Positions 12,471 to 26,189 of a DNA stretch of 64,000 nucleotides are shown here, in pieces. The stretch lies in contig OX597816.1 in assembly GCA_951406725.2 (NCBI GenBank), positions 122,078,001 to 122,142,000 on the forward strand, read 5' to 3'. The DNA is from Octopus vulgaris. Taxonomy: Eukaryota. The translations under genes and the position numbers were made by a program. The notes beneath the pieces were generated by a model. The model saw only the letters and a program-made list of their open reading frames with translations. It had not been told where the DNA came from and ran no database searches. Position 1 is the stretch's first letter. Each line of letters begins with the position of its first letter.

Positions 12471-14069
12471 TAAGTTAAGTTAAGATTTTTCTTTGCGTTT
12501 TATTTAACTTCTTGAGAGAGTTCAAGCCCGTCGGTAATAAAGGGACCAGACTTTTTGAGTTAAGAGTGTTCACGTAAATATGTAAATATGTTGTCATGTT
12601 GCTGTGTTGGTTGAACTGTCGATACATACACCCAAGCCTGTGCATATATTCACATAAGAATCTCAGATGGAAATTGTTTAGAATGTCTAATTTATCTTCA
12701 CTGAGCCACTGTGTGTGTGTATGTGTATGTGTGTTAATGTATGTGTTTCACACAACACAGGTTTTTTTTACATGGTGTTGTGCAAAAATGGTAAGTTACC
12801 ATTTGAAGAAATTTAAATCAATAAAATATGTGCTAGACTGAAATAAGTATTACGGTTGATATCAACTAAAACCAGAAACTGAAGTCAATAAAAAGAATAT
12901 ATCCATATATTCTTAACACTAGAAATTCGTCGTCCACGTAAAAATTTATTCCCACTGACACTTCAGTCATAGCCCCAGTTAGCCTTAATTACTAAATTAT
13001 GTATTGTGGAGACAAGAAATATAATGTCCCCATTTACCAATAGATTTTGTATTCAATTTACTTGGTCTCTTTCTCACACACAGCAACAAATACAAGTGCA
13101 TTATTGATGAATATTTATAATGGTAAGATAACAACGATGATAAAGATAATTATATTCATAATGAATATTCTCTTGCAATTTGTAATGATTGTTGAAAAAA
13201 TTCTATTATCTTGTGTAAATAACTTTTTTTATATATTAATCCTTAAAATTCACCAATATTTAAACAGCTGTTTAATTACAAACTAAACTACTATTAAACA
13301 CTATATTGGCTATATTTTTGAAAACAAAATAATCGAAAAAATAACAAAATGCTTCATCTTACATTTTCTGAGTTAGAAGAAAATAGAAAAAAAAAATATC
13401 AAGCTTTTACTTTTTCGGCATTTTTTTCTTGTTTGATGGGGAAAGGGGAAATTTATAATTTCTCTAATGATTTCATTACAGCTGAAAATTATTTTAAGCA
13501 AACAAACTAACATCACGCTCCTGAAAGATTTAAATTGATATAGAAGAAAAAAAGGAATAATTATCAGGAATTACCTGAAGAAGTATTTTGAATTATCTGA
13601 ATCAGCTAATATTCATTCCAACACGTTTTCTCGATCGCATTTGAAAATTTCGTGGAATATTCTGATTTTTCTCCTTAATTCTCAATTAAAACTAACTTCA
13701 CCTCTGCCAGTTTGCTCCTGCTATCTTCATTCACCCGATATTTATAAACATTACCACTACCCAAAATAAAGCTTGTTATACATGAATAAATCCTAAACTA
13801 CAACTGTAACTCTTTGCTTTAATCTCCAATCACTGTATTTCAATTATTTCTTGAGCCTGGTGGACCTTGACTTACACTTTCTTCATATTCTAGAATTAAA
13901 AGGAGCCCGTCACCACCAGAAAAGCCGGATATCCATGTTTGTTCTATTAGACTCAATTACAGTGACATCTACTGTTAATTCCTTCGAAAACAAGGGTTTG
14001 GCATTAGCTGATACCAAAACACGATTTTCTGAAGTGTAAAAATGCTTTTAATAATAATAATAATGATTA

Positions 14070-14531
14070 TAAATGGTTTCAAATTTTGGCTCAAGGTCAG
14101 CAGTTTTAAGGGGGAAAGTGTTAGTCGATTACACTGAGCCAGTACATGTTGGATATTATATTTTATCGGCCTCAATACGATGGCCAAGTTGACCTCGGTA
14201 GGATTTGAATTCAGAACGTAAGGGTGTAAAGCATCGAAACAACTACTGCAAGGCATTTTGTTCGACGACTTAACCATTTAACCAATCTTCTCTAACAACA
14301 GCAGCAACAACAACAAACCTTTCAACTATAAACACAGGCCCTGAAATCTTGGATGAGGAATAGAGTCAATTACATCAACCCCAGTGTTCAACTTGTACTT
14401 ATTTTATTGACTCTGAGAGAATGAAAGGCAAAGTCAACCTCGGTGGAATTTGAGCTCAAAAGGGAAAGACCAATGAAATGCCGCCAAGTATTTTGTCCAG
14501 CACGGTATCGATTCTGTCAGCTCGCCGCTTT
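14070..14531 (-). mobile_element. Two tandem tRNA-SINE copies with (ATT)n-type tails
   Basis: Same family as 5990-6375. The minus-strand head aaggcggcgagctgacagaatcg lies at ~14530. Confidence 0.8.
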
Positions 14532-14532
14532 A

Positions 14533-14533
<1 letters not shown>

Positions 14534-14588
<55 letters not shown>

Positions 14589-14606
14589 TATAATGATATT
14601 ATTATT

Positions 14607-14647
<41 letters not shown>

Positions 14648-14666
14648 TGATGATGATGATGATAAT

Positions 14667-14728
<62 letters not shown>

Positions 14729-14736
14729 TGATGATG

Positions 14737-14798
<62 letters not shown>
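14534..14798. repeat. Long (TAA)n microsatellite with (TGA)n interruptions
   Basis: Directly visible; it is the source of the poly-I/poly-N ORFs. Confidence 0.97.
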
Positions 14799-14799
<1 letters not shown>

Positions 14800-16407
14800 T
14801 TTTTTATTTGCCCCTTAAGTATCAATGAAAAGGATATTACTCGGGCAGTTAATCATTATATGGTGGTTTACATACAAAAGATTAGGGGAAGAAAGGGAAA
14901 TGAGATAAAGAGCATGCATAGTTATACAAAATATGTGAACACAAGAATAATTCAGTCCTCCTGGTACAAGAGAGCCTCCAAACAGAGTCAATCAAGGAAC
15001 ACTCTGACCACCGAACACACAAGCCATCTCAGTTTTTTGTTCTCTATTCTACTGGCATATTTTGGAGTAGTTTCACAAGAAGCAAAAGAGCAGACTCTCC
15101 AGCAAGGCCAGACGAAAACTGGTGCATGTTCGGTAGTCAGGTCATGTTGATTAACGGGTGCAGTTTATGCATTCGCCACCTCAGTCCAACCACTCGGGTG
15201 TAGCTTCCTGTGAGCCTAATTTTGAGTAAGTTTGGTTACCGTGCGCGTAACTGACGATAACAAACGGGCGATAAGTTTGAGTTCACTGAAATTATAACAA
15301 ATATACCAAAACCTATTGACGTGGCCTATTATAATACTTTATTAAAACCCAGTGACACGATATGACTTAATAGTTTACTGAGAAAAATGACGACATATAA
15401 CATTTGCAAAATCTGGGAAGCATTTTACTTTGACGTCAACTGTTAAGTTTTGTTACGAACAAAATTCGCTGCAAGTTAAAAGATGATTTTGATTTAATAA
15501 ACAACTTATTTTATGAAACATTTATTATAAGCGTTGATTAATCCCACTGGCTTTCCTAATTTAAATCAATATGTCACATTAACAAATGTAGCACCTATTT
15601 TGACTTGAAATTTTTAATTCTCAGTAACAAGATGTTTATTTACCCTTCACTTCCATTGTAGCTACATCGAGTTCTGTTTTCAGATATACTTAAACATTTT
15701 TGCATAAGATACACTAACAGAGCACACAAGTAATATAATATTGAAATAATTCAGGAAAAATGAATGGTAAATTTACAAGAATGCTTGTCAAAATTTGTAA
15801 GAGTATCTGAAGGAAAAACCACTATTTCCTTGGTTGTTTGAGGATAGCAATATATTTGACTGACTTTGACGTAGCATATTAATTTCCTTTGTGTGAAAGG
15901 AGAGGAACTAATGTATGGTGACTTTAACGTATTTCCTGAGAGCATTACATAACGGTGTTACTGATATAAATTCACTTCAGATGGCATTAAAAACATGTGA
16001 ACAATGCTTATCTTACAGAACTCTACGGGTTTAATGGTCTTGTATTAATGGCGCGTTTGCAATTTAGTAAAGTATTTATTACGCCTCCAAATTTGCATTT
16101 GCGACCTACTTCATGTATGCTTCGCCAACCTTATGAATTGTTTCATATCTTGCGATCGAAGTTGGTGATAGGTTAATTGCTATTCTTGCGCGGTCTTATG
16201 TCACTCAGTTTCCATGTCTACTGCAGCCAAATTAGACAATCAAATATCGGCTGTAGTTCAGTAAGGTCTTCAGAAAATTCCTACTGTGTGGAGGGTGCTT
16301 CCATCCATTTAAATACTTAGATTTCTTAATGGTTGAAATTTTCTTTGACTGATTTATGGAAGTGCCTTCTTGATTTTAGTCTAAAGGCAGCAAGTAATGT
16401 GACGGTT

Positions 16408-16652
16408 ATTGTTTTGAAGAGTGTGATAGAATTTGTGTTTTTAATACGATGATACTGCTTTTATGCGGTCACCTTTCAGTAGAAATGAGGAAGGGCATTT
16501 TTTATCGATAACCGGATTAATCATGTTATTTGTTTTTGAGGAGTGTGATAGAATTTGTGTTTTTAATACGATGATACTGTTTTTATGCGGTCACCTTTCA
16601 GTAGAAATGAGGAAGGGCATTTTTATTAATCGATAACCGGATTAATCATGTT
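16408..16652. repeat. ~120-bp tandem duplication
   Basis: gagtgtgatagaatttgtgtttttaatacgatgatactg..ggattaatcatgtt occurs twice back to back. Confidence 0.9.
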
Positions 16653-18774
16653 GATTTACTGGCAACAAATATAATTACATCATTTCATTTAGGTGGGCAT
16701 CAATTTATATTTGTTTGAAAACTACGCATCCAGCCTGGACACATTATTTATTCACACTGCAGCACGAGGTCAGTGCAGATGTTGTAAGCAGAATTTAAGG
16801 TGATCTCTAGGACGTTCCAGTAAACATATTGATAAGTGAGTTTATCTTTTAAATTTTGTGCAGCGTTTCTAAATGTCTGAATGTTAAGCCTCTATTAGGA
16901 ACAAGTCTGAGGTACTCAAGATGTTCTTCTGAAGGAAGTACTTTGTGGTCCCTTTTCGGTTACTATCGCAAACAGCAGTAGATTTCTTCAACCAAATACA
17001 CGTCGTTGATTGGTTGAAATTACCCAAATACGACAACTTTAACACAAAATAACTTCTAAAATAACAAATTTTGTCAAAAAAGTTCAGAGTAAACCGTGTT
17101 CTACGTAAGAATTCGAAGTTTCAAACTGTTTAGTTAAAAAAAAATAATTGAAAAGTCTGTGATTGAGATGGAATAGATCCGAGAACATCTGACGCTCTAA
17201 ATACAAAATGGTAATCAGTAGTGAATTAATATGGAAAGGAAAGTAACCAATAATATAGTAAGAGATACAAAAAATAAAACAATATGAAAATAAATCCAAA
17301 GACCAGACGGATAAATTCTATGTCAACTTCCTCTTTGAAATACTTGTCCATAAACTGCAGCACTCCCACCAAAACATCAGATACATTGAATATGCATCGT
17401 GTAAATTCGGTGAAAAACCATACAAAAAAACATTACCTGATGTCAATGAGTTTGGATTTTATATAAATCATACATGTTAGAAAGAGAAAACCTGTAATAG
17501 AAACTGATGTATATCTGTCTCAAATTTCTTTCCAGCAAGAATCATTTAAATCTTAGAGTATATGCCATCGTTTACACTTACATGATACGATACTTTACTT
17601 TTTCCGTCAATTATACTTTGTATTATGCTTTAACTTTTATATAACAACATCCAATAAGTGACAAAAATTCTGTATGTTTTGAACGTCAAAAATGATGTAT
17701 CAATTTTAAATCTATTATTGTCCTTATTAAGTACCTTATATAATAATACAAGAATGATACGCTATCTCCTTTCTAAAATTCCATGCAAGAGAGTGAGGAT
17801 CAATCATTAGTTTGATAATGAGACATTTAGAGAAAATGTGCTCAGTTAGCTGCATTCATTTCCCTTTAAACAAATAAAATCGATTTTGTAAATTTCTTGC
17901 TTTATATTGTTCTATTTCAAAGAAGAGAACAAGTTAGCATTTAAAGATATAATTTCTTCTATAATTTAGGCCATTTTATTGCAGATTCTTTTCAGATATA
18001 GCTCTGTCTACTTATATTCTATAAAGTGCTTTTCGTGGCACTATTTTTATTGCGGTGAAAATGGGCAAATCTGAAAGTATTTGATATGGTCTTGAATCTA
18101 AATTTAGAGTTTAAGAACTAATCAATTCTCTCAGCATTATCTTGGTAGAATTTGGGTCATAGTTTAACTAAAGAAAATTACACACATGCGCGCATACACA
18201 TGTGCACGCACTCAGGTATTAAAATTCTGTCATTCAGATTATTTAAAGAAATTATTACACGCCACCGGAGAAATTAAGTAGTTGAATATACGGACATTAT
18301 CTATTTCGATTTTACGAGTGTTTGTGGTGATTTTTAATGTCAATAAGGTCAAAGTCATTAATATATTACACTAAAAGATCACGTTAGATAAAATAACGAA
18401 TGCAACTGAAAATTCTATTCCTGGCTTTTCAGGATTGAAGGACGTCAGAATTTATTTGAAGCGTTAATATTTTCTTACTCATGTTTGTATACATGTTTTG
18501 GTTATTCTGGTAAGTAAGGATATTGTCTATATTTTTTTCCGGATCTTCATGGAGTTGGAAATATGGATATAAGTATATTAGTATGAGCTTGATGCCATTA
18601 ATTTTCAGTATGTTTTTAACCGCAGGTCCATTCTAACAGGACAGAGCAATGATCAAAGTCTTTCAAAACGGGATCGTTCGTTCTTTTTTCAGGCATAGGA
18701 CCACCTTCTTTTATTAAAAAAAAACTGTATGATTTGTTGTTGCTGATGTTGGACACTTGAGCTACTGAAAAATG

Positions 18775-19320
18775 TTTATTTTAGTTACAATGGGTGTAAT
18801 CTTGAACCTGAGTGACAATAAGTCTCCCCAAATCTCAAAAATCGTGCAGAACATGTGAATACATAACGCGTATCTCAATGCCAGTATTCTGCAACGTCTT
18901 CGGTAGCAGTTTGGGTGTTGTGCCAACTGCACCAATTACCACAGGAGCAATTGCCATCGTTATCTTCCACAATCTCTTCCTCAATCTAGCTAGACCTTGA
19001 AAGTTAATTGTTTCAAGCCCAATTTCTCAATTTCTTAGAGCACCACACTTATATAATATGGTATTGCATGGTTTATGCTCTTATACTGTCGTCTTGTTTC
19101 TATCATCAACAATCATACCTGACCTTTTAGTTTCTATAGTATACTCAATCTTTTTGGAGAAATCCCATAAAGTTCCGTAATTATCATTCACCATTATAGC
19201 CTCTGGTTCATGTTCACTCCACTTTTCTGTCACCTTGAAGCCATACACTCGGCTAACATCTTAATGCACTGTTTTAGCAACACAGACATGCCTGCACTTA
19301 TGTTCTTTTTGTGGTAGCTT
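18775..19320 (-). mobile_element. Old R4/Dong-like RLE retrotransposon 3' fragment
   Basis: Minus translation: PQKEHKCRHVCVAKTVH..YGFKV..WSEHEP..LWDF..LWKITMAIAPVVIGAVG. This is the RHD/RLE region. Confidence 0.7.
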
Positions 19321-19410
19321 ATAATATATTAATCCTCATCCTACTCCTCCACCTCCTTATCATCATCATCATTATCATCAATTTTAATTTTATCATTATT
19401 ATTATTATTA

Positions 19411-19790
19411 TTTCTTCGTAACACAGTGTATGTAAAACTGCGCCGGAGTCTTTTGTCATCTATCAAGTCAGATAATACTTTCCTTAAGATGTGCGCTGTG
19501 CCCTATAAGGTTGCTTTTTGCAAGACATCAATCTTGCATGGGATTTCCAGTTGCCTTAAGAAGTTTTGAAATTTCAATGGGATTAAGCCTAACGCTCCGA
19601 TCATCACGGGTACCACTTTTACATTACCCTCTCGCATTCCATACAGTCTTGCCATTTCCACTTTCAATTTGGTGTAATTGGTAATTATTCTACCTCTTTA
19701 CTCACAACATTGATGTCATTTGGTATGGCTACATCAATGATCTGACAATATTTGTTTCTCTTATACAACATGACAATATCGTGAAACAAT
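19411..19790 (-). mobile_element. Old R4/Dong-like RLE 3' fragment (different family) ending in (TAA)n
   Basis: DIVMLYKRNKYCQIIDVAIPND..YTKLKVEMARLYG..VVPVMIGALG..GTAHILRKVL. The 3' end abuts (ATT)n on the plus strand. Confidence 0.8.
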
Positions 19791-20529
19791 CACGCGCTCC
19801 ATTTTTACTCAGTGTTTTTATGAGTTCTAGTGAAGAACATAACTTTTATTTTTTAGTTTATTTTACACTAAGACCTCTATTCAACATTTTGAAAGGTCTA
19901 TACCTTACTATGGTGAGACAGCAAGATCTGTTTAAAACAAATCCTTATTTTATTCCACCGTGTATCACTAGAGCTTAAACAGCTTCTTCTTGCTTAGGTT
20001 CCGACGCTTAGAAAATTAAAGTAAATAAAACAAATGAACCACCAAACAAATAAAAACGAATTGTAAAAAATATACCAGTGAACCATCAAACGGCAGAAAA
20101 TGGAAACTAACAACATTCAACTGAAAAATACGACATAATAAACAACACGTTTGATTACAACATCTGTATACATGCACTTACCGAAACAGACATAAATATG
20201 AATAAAGAAAAACTGAGGCGATTTTTCTTCTTCCTATATTCACTGTGTTTTTATCACAACACATCCATAAAAATTTTTATCTTAGGGTGAATCCCGCCGA
20301 AGCTGGCCTATTAACACTATCATACATTAAGTATGAAATATAGGTGGCTCTCTATAATACATCCGTGCATCATCTCCGCCCATTATTTCTGGAAGGGTCA
20401 TGGGAGTAGAGTCGTCAGGCAGTTCCTCCATAGGGTTCAAGATAAAAACAACAGTCAAATTTTTCGGCTGGATTCCCAAGCGTGACTAACAGAAATTATA
20501 GATATTAGCCGACCATCTCGTTCTATATT

Positions 20530-20855
20530 CCTAGAACTTCTGTCAGTTGGCTCGATTGAAGAATATGTTTTGCGATTCTTTCCTCCCACATTCTAATTAG
20601 ATGTACGCAGCACCGGAGCTATGACCTCTGAATACGGAGTAGTTGCGGCTCAACTTGGAGAGACTGCCTGATCTTCGCGCTACGCAACCTGTCGAGAAGC
20701 ATTATTTCAGAGATCCTTCGGAGGAACCCCATTTCGGCCGCTTCTACTCGCGATCGTAATGTTTCGGTCATTACCAAGCTTTCATGATGATAGATGAAGA
20801 TAGACACAAAAACAAAGTGAAGATAGTGAATTTGGCGTTTTTACCAACTTCTCTT
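20530..20855 (-). mobile_element. RTE-clade LINE 3' coding fragment
   Basis: ORF 20619-20807 ..HESLVMTETLRSRVEAAEMGFLRRIS..LDRLRSAKIRQSLQVEP is a typical RTE post-RT region. Confidence 0.8.
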
Positions 20856-22939
20856 TTTTTATTTGAGGATAGAATGTTGGAACTCAGAGTGGCCAGTGAT
20901 ATGTAAGTACAAGACATTCAAATACAATAATACAATTATATAAGACACCATACAACATAAAACTCTCGATTTATTAAAATTATCTCCACTTCTAGAGGAT
21001 TTGTCACAATAATCAAATAGCAATTGAGAACAGCTCCATATGGAAAGTGGGTATAATATCAAGTATCAAGAATACTCCAAAGTTGATATGCCATTAATGA
21101 AAAGGACAGACTCATTGTCAGGAGGTAAGAGGGCAGTCAGCATGGCAATTGTTCTAACTTGTCTCGAGTAGAAATATCTAAAAATAGCAGGACACAATAA
21201 TGACGTAAGTAATTTGCATAAATTAAACAAAAGGGAGCTAAGAGAAATATCTCAGAGTGGCCAGTGGCATATGAACAACATAGACAAATAGAGGTACACC
21301 AAATACCATACAACACAAATTCTTGATTTTTAAAAATCATTTCCACCCCTGAAGTTGTGTTTACAAGATACATAGGCACAAACTCACAAACACAGAATAA
21401 TATATAGTATTTTTCTATCAGTTCAAACATTGTTAGTGTAAATTTTCATTGCTCATACCTGAATAAATATACGAAAATAGATTTCAGTAATACTGCTTTA
21501 TTTAAGTTCACTTAGTTGAACCCTATTTTCTTTCAAATATTCTCCTCTTTTTATGCAAAACTACATCATGTATACAGTTATGGTTTTTCGCAGCAAAACC
21601 AACCATAGCTCTGTGTACTTATAATGAATATATTTTGATTATATTCATAAAGCTTTGCTAATAATATATTATGTATGACATGAGTGCCTCCTTATTTGTG
21701 TGCGAAGTTTCTCAGATAAGTCTATTTTATTCTTTCTCTCTTTTTCGTTTTAAAATTCCAGTTCATCAATCATTATGCTTACTGCCCTGGGTTTAATCAC
21801 TTCTTTAAAAAGAAGTGTCATATTTAGAATCCAGGGAATGATAAATATTTGTCTTTTTGGATCTGTTTAAAACTAACTTACGTATTTTGTTTTGATGTCA
21901 TGATAGGATAATGATGACAGTTTAAAATCTCTTTCATTTTAACGTCGTAATACAAAGATGTTATCAAAATATAAGTGGGAGAGGTGAAGGCTGGAAAAGT
22001 CGAGAAGAAAAGAAAGCAAGTTAAAATTGACAGAAAGTAAGATAAATATAGAAATCAAATTGTAAACGACATGTAAAACATTATTTCATGTGTGTATTTT
22101 TGATAAAAGTGAAGTTGTTTTGAATATTAAACAATTTGTTCTAGAAAAGAATTTTGTTTTGTAATAGAACAAAATAAAGTCTTCAGATGATAGAGTGGGT
22201 TGGCAGTTATTTTAAAACATTAGCTCAACTTTGAAAATTATGTTAAAGCAATAAAGTATTATCCTCAAACGACAACGCCACTTATGAGTGGACAATTTTC
22301 TAGCTATCAAGAATTAATGACATCGCCTGAACTTCCTGTGAAGTATTGTAGCGAATATCGGCTTTGATCTTTTCGATAACCTGCGATCGTCTGACAAGAG
22401 ATGAGAACTGGAGTAGAAATCACTTTGTTGAAATGCTATTAATACGATCGCCACATTAACTGGCTATCTACTTTCTGCTATGGTATAATATAAAAAATTA
22501 CTTAGATAAATATCAAACACTGAATTAGTTATCTTCCTTACTGAGCCTTCTATATTATGGTTCGTCTTCCATAATAAACTATGTAGCATAAAATTAGATT
22601 ATAATGTTGTACAATTAAAACAGCTGTATTCGTGTACAAGAAGTTCTGTATTCATTCCATTAATTTTCCAAATCATCCATTTAGATCTCGAATGAAAATA
22701 TTAGGAAAACAGTGATATAACTAATATTAATAAAAATATTCATGGTGATATTGACAGTGATTACAATGATGCTACAAAATCCTCGTGGCAATTCTTCTGG
22801 CCTGTTCTGAGTTTAAATCTTGCCGAGGTTAATAATTTAAGTTTGCCTTTCATCATGCAGTTGTTGATAAAATAAAGTACTCCTCAAGAACTCAGATCAA
22901 TGATATCATGTAATAATAAACCGTTGTTTTTAACGTTAG

Positions 22940-23133
22940 GATGGGGAGCTGGCAAAATTAAAGTTAGAGCACCGGGCAAAATGCTTCGCGGCATTTTGCC
23001 TGTCTTCAAGTTCTGAGGTCAAATTTGCTCTTCATCCTTCGGGGCCGAAATAATAAGTACCAGATTAGTACTGGGGTCGCTGCAAACGATTTACACCATC
23101 ATAAAAATTGCTGCCCTTGTGCCAAAATTTGAA

Positions 23134-23135
<2 letters not shown>
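22940..23135 (+). mobile_element. tRNA-SINE with (ATT)n tail
   Basis: gagctggca..ttctgaggtcaaattt..ttcatccttcggggccga..taagtaccag..ccttgtgccaaaatttgaa, then (ATT)n at 23135-23232. Confidence 0.8.
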
Positions 23136-23210
<75 letters not shown>

Positions 23211-23232
23211 CATCATTATTATTATTATTATT

Positions 23233-24138
23233 TCATTGTCTCTGCACAGCTTCTAACGCTGGAGATTTACTACGGTGTCAGCTGTTCACTACCAGTGAAC
23301 TAAGGTAACACCCCCTATTTTTCGAGCACCATCCGGAGTATTCGATCAGTTCCAAGCAGTGCTGTTTTCTGCAAGTGCTCCATCCTTATTGTAGCCCGTA
23401 TTTATTCCATGTACTTCTCAAGACTTTTACTCACTGTTCCCAGGGCAATTATTGGTACTATTATCGCCTTTTCAGCGACCACAACTGCTTCACCTCCCAA
23501 GCTAACCTGTCATACCTCTCGACTTTTCTTTCTTCCTTATCGCATACCTTGTTGTCAGTTGCGCTTGCTATATCTATGATCTAGCATCGTTTGCTTTCTT
23601 TTTTCAATTAACACTATGTCTGGTTTCCTATTCTCTATCTCATAGTCACTGAATCATAAAATCATAGGATCTTTGCATTATCATTTTCGATGTTACCTTC
23701 GGGTTTATGTTCGTACCACTTTTTTCCTCTGCCAAGTTCATACTGGTTGCAAAGTGTCCAATGGACAATTCTCGCTATGTTATCATGATGTCTCTTATGT
23801 TCTTTCTGGGCTAGTGGCGTACATTGACTGGTAATATGCGATACGGTTTCACAATTTTGTCCACAAATTCTGCTCTTATCACTTTCTGATGTGTTGTGTA
23901 CTCTGTATTTGATGTAATTGGTTCTTAATGCTTGCTCTTGAGCAGCACATATTAGTCTCCGTTTCCGGTTTTAAATCAGTTTTAGTAATCCATAGCCATC
24001 ATTTTTCTCCGTCTGTCTTATCTTCAACATCCCTATGAAATTGTCCATGAATTCTTTTCTTTATCCATCTACTTTCAATTTCATTCATTCGCATGTGCTT
24101 GTACAGTGCTTTATCTTTGCAATCTTCCATCCTACACA
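23233..24138 (-). mobile_element. 5'-truncated R4/Dong-like element
   Basis: Minus translation contains CAAQEQALRTNYIK, ICGQNCETVSHITSQC (zinc knuckle), RHHDNIARIVHWTLC, KPDIV and KVERYDRLAWEVK, followed by a 3' UTR. TAA repeats lie on both sides. Confidence 0.9.
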
Positions 24139-24161
24139 TTATTATTATTATTATTATTATT

Positions 24162-24715
24162 GAGTGAGAGAGCAGTTCATGCCATCAAAGTGACACTGGG
24201 GTAAAATATACGAAGCCCAATATACCCATCATGACTACCCGTCTGATAAAGGTACACCAGGCACATGCATCACAACCATATGTGCGCGACATGGTGATCT
24301 CATATCAAGATAAACAGCACATGACCTTGCAGGTGGGGCCCAGTTAGAATTTTCTTCAGGTTGAGTAGCCCATCCCGCTCAAACGGTCCCTGAATAAGGG
24401 TTGTTTAAGGATGTTGAAAGAACCACCCATGTTTCCAGAGGTGAACTATTCAAACCCCAAAGAATCCCTCTCAACACATGGCTATGATGCTCCCCCACTA
24501 CTTCTGCTCGTGATCAGAGATGCACATATCGTCAGCCACTAAGGGACATGCTCAACTGGTTAAGGTCAAACAACTGACAAGCAAATCTGTGGTATTGAGC
24601 AGAATATTTGCTGTAGCCCATCTTTTATACCAAGACAAAACAATGTACATGATAACACTTCCAATCAGTTAAGATCAGAAGCCATGAGAGCCACTGCCTG
24701 GTACTGCATCAGGGC

Positions 24716-24717
<2 letters not shown>
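24162..24717 (-). mobile_element. ~555-bp non-coding TAA-flanked interspersed element, copy 1
   Basis: Homologous along its length to 24807-25300 and 35811-36366. Both ends run directly into (TAA)n. Confidence 0.85.
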
Positions 24718-24785
<68 letters not shown>

Positions 24786-24806
24786 TGTATTATTATTATC
24801 ATTATC

Positions 24807-25300
24807 GAGTGAGAGTGCAGCGCATAGCATCCAAGAGACACTGGGGTACAAATATAGGAGGCCCAATATACCCATCATGGCTACCCATCTGATAAGGGTA
24901 CTCCAGGTACATGCATCACAACCATATGTGCGCGACATAGGAATTTTATATCACGATAAACAGAGCATGACCTTGCAGGAGAGGTCCAGTTAAAATTTTC
25001 TTCAGCTAGAGTAGCCTATCCCACTTAAAAGATCTTTGAGTTAGGGTTGTTTAGGGATGAATGAAACACCCATGTTTCCAAAGGGGAATTATTCAAACCC
25101 GAAAGAATTCCTCTCAACACATGGCTACAATGCTCCCCCACTACTTTTGCTCGCGATGAGAGATGCACATATCATCATCCACTAAGGGACATGATCAACT
25201 GGTTAAAGTCAAGCAACTGACAAACTAATCTGTGATATTGAGCAGAAGATATGTTACCAAGACAAAACATGTACATGAATATACTTCCAATCAGTTAAGA
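24807..25300 (-). mobile_element. ~555-bp element, copy 2 (5' end missing)
   Basis: Diverged direct repeat of 24162-24675. It stops at cagttaagat, where RTE sequence begins. Confidence 0.85.
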
Positions 25301-25301
25301 T

Positions 25302-25680
25302 GAGCGGGACCTATCACGAGTCCCCTTCTAGTCCACAGCTGTTGCGTCGAATGAGATTAAATCCCTGCTAGGATGATTTGGCGGGAGACAGAGGTCATGT
25401 TTGTACCAGCGCATACGACGAATAGTTATCCGGTGGGAGGTTGCGGGCTAATGCAAACATAGCTCTTTGTTGGAAATGTAATGGTACCACCTGATATTCT
25501 CGATAGTTCTCAGAGCTTTGCTATCGAAGCCGTCGATCCTTTTTGCCAGGTCTCCGAGAGAGACCACGTTTCTGCCCCACAAAGGAAACGGCAGAGAGTC
25601 GATGCGTTGTAGATGCGGAGCTTCGTCTTCCGATAGATAGAGCAGTGGTGCTAGAGGGGCTTTCTTATGACCCCGGCGGT
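25302..25680 (-). mobile_element. RTE-clade LINE fragment
   Basis: Minus translation RKTKLRIYNAS..LCGAETW..RIDGFDSKALRTIENIRWYHYISNKEL. Confidence 0.8.
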
Positions 25681-26156
25681 TAGAATATATAGTGAATGTT
25701 TATATGAGGCATTCCAGTAACTCTTTCCATATGCACTCGCATACACACATACATATACATAGATAAGCATATGTATGTATGTGTGTATATTTGTAACTAT
25801 GAATAAAACTATGTACGTCTTTTTTGTATGTATGTATTACTTACGTATGTATGCTCGGTATGTATGTATGTGTATTTACTGGTGTGCGTGTGCATGTAGA
25901 AGGAAGCCTTCGTTAGGAAATAATCAACTATTAAACACAAGCCTGGAAGCGATATTTCTTAAGTGAAAGTTCAGTCCATTTTTACTCTATGTAAATCGTT
26001 GTATATTGGATATTTTTTCTCGTTTCTTTCCATTTTCTAATTATTTTGAAAAAGAGCGAAACAATCTCCTGCACCCACCTTGATAATTTAAATAAACTGT
26101 ACGATCATACGCACACTTACGCTCACACACGTACACGCGCACACACATGCACACAT

Positions 26157-26189
<33 letters not shown>

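Noticed and set aside
14443-15150. 235-aa ORF and similar poly-I/N/Y/HT/YI ORFs throughout the track
   Set aside because: They are translations of microsatellites, not genes
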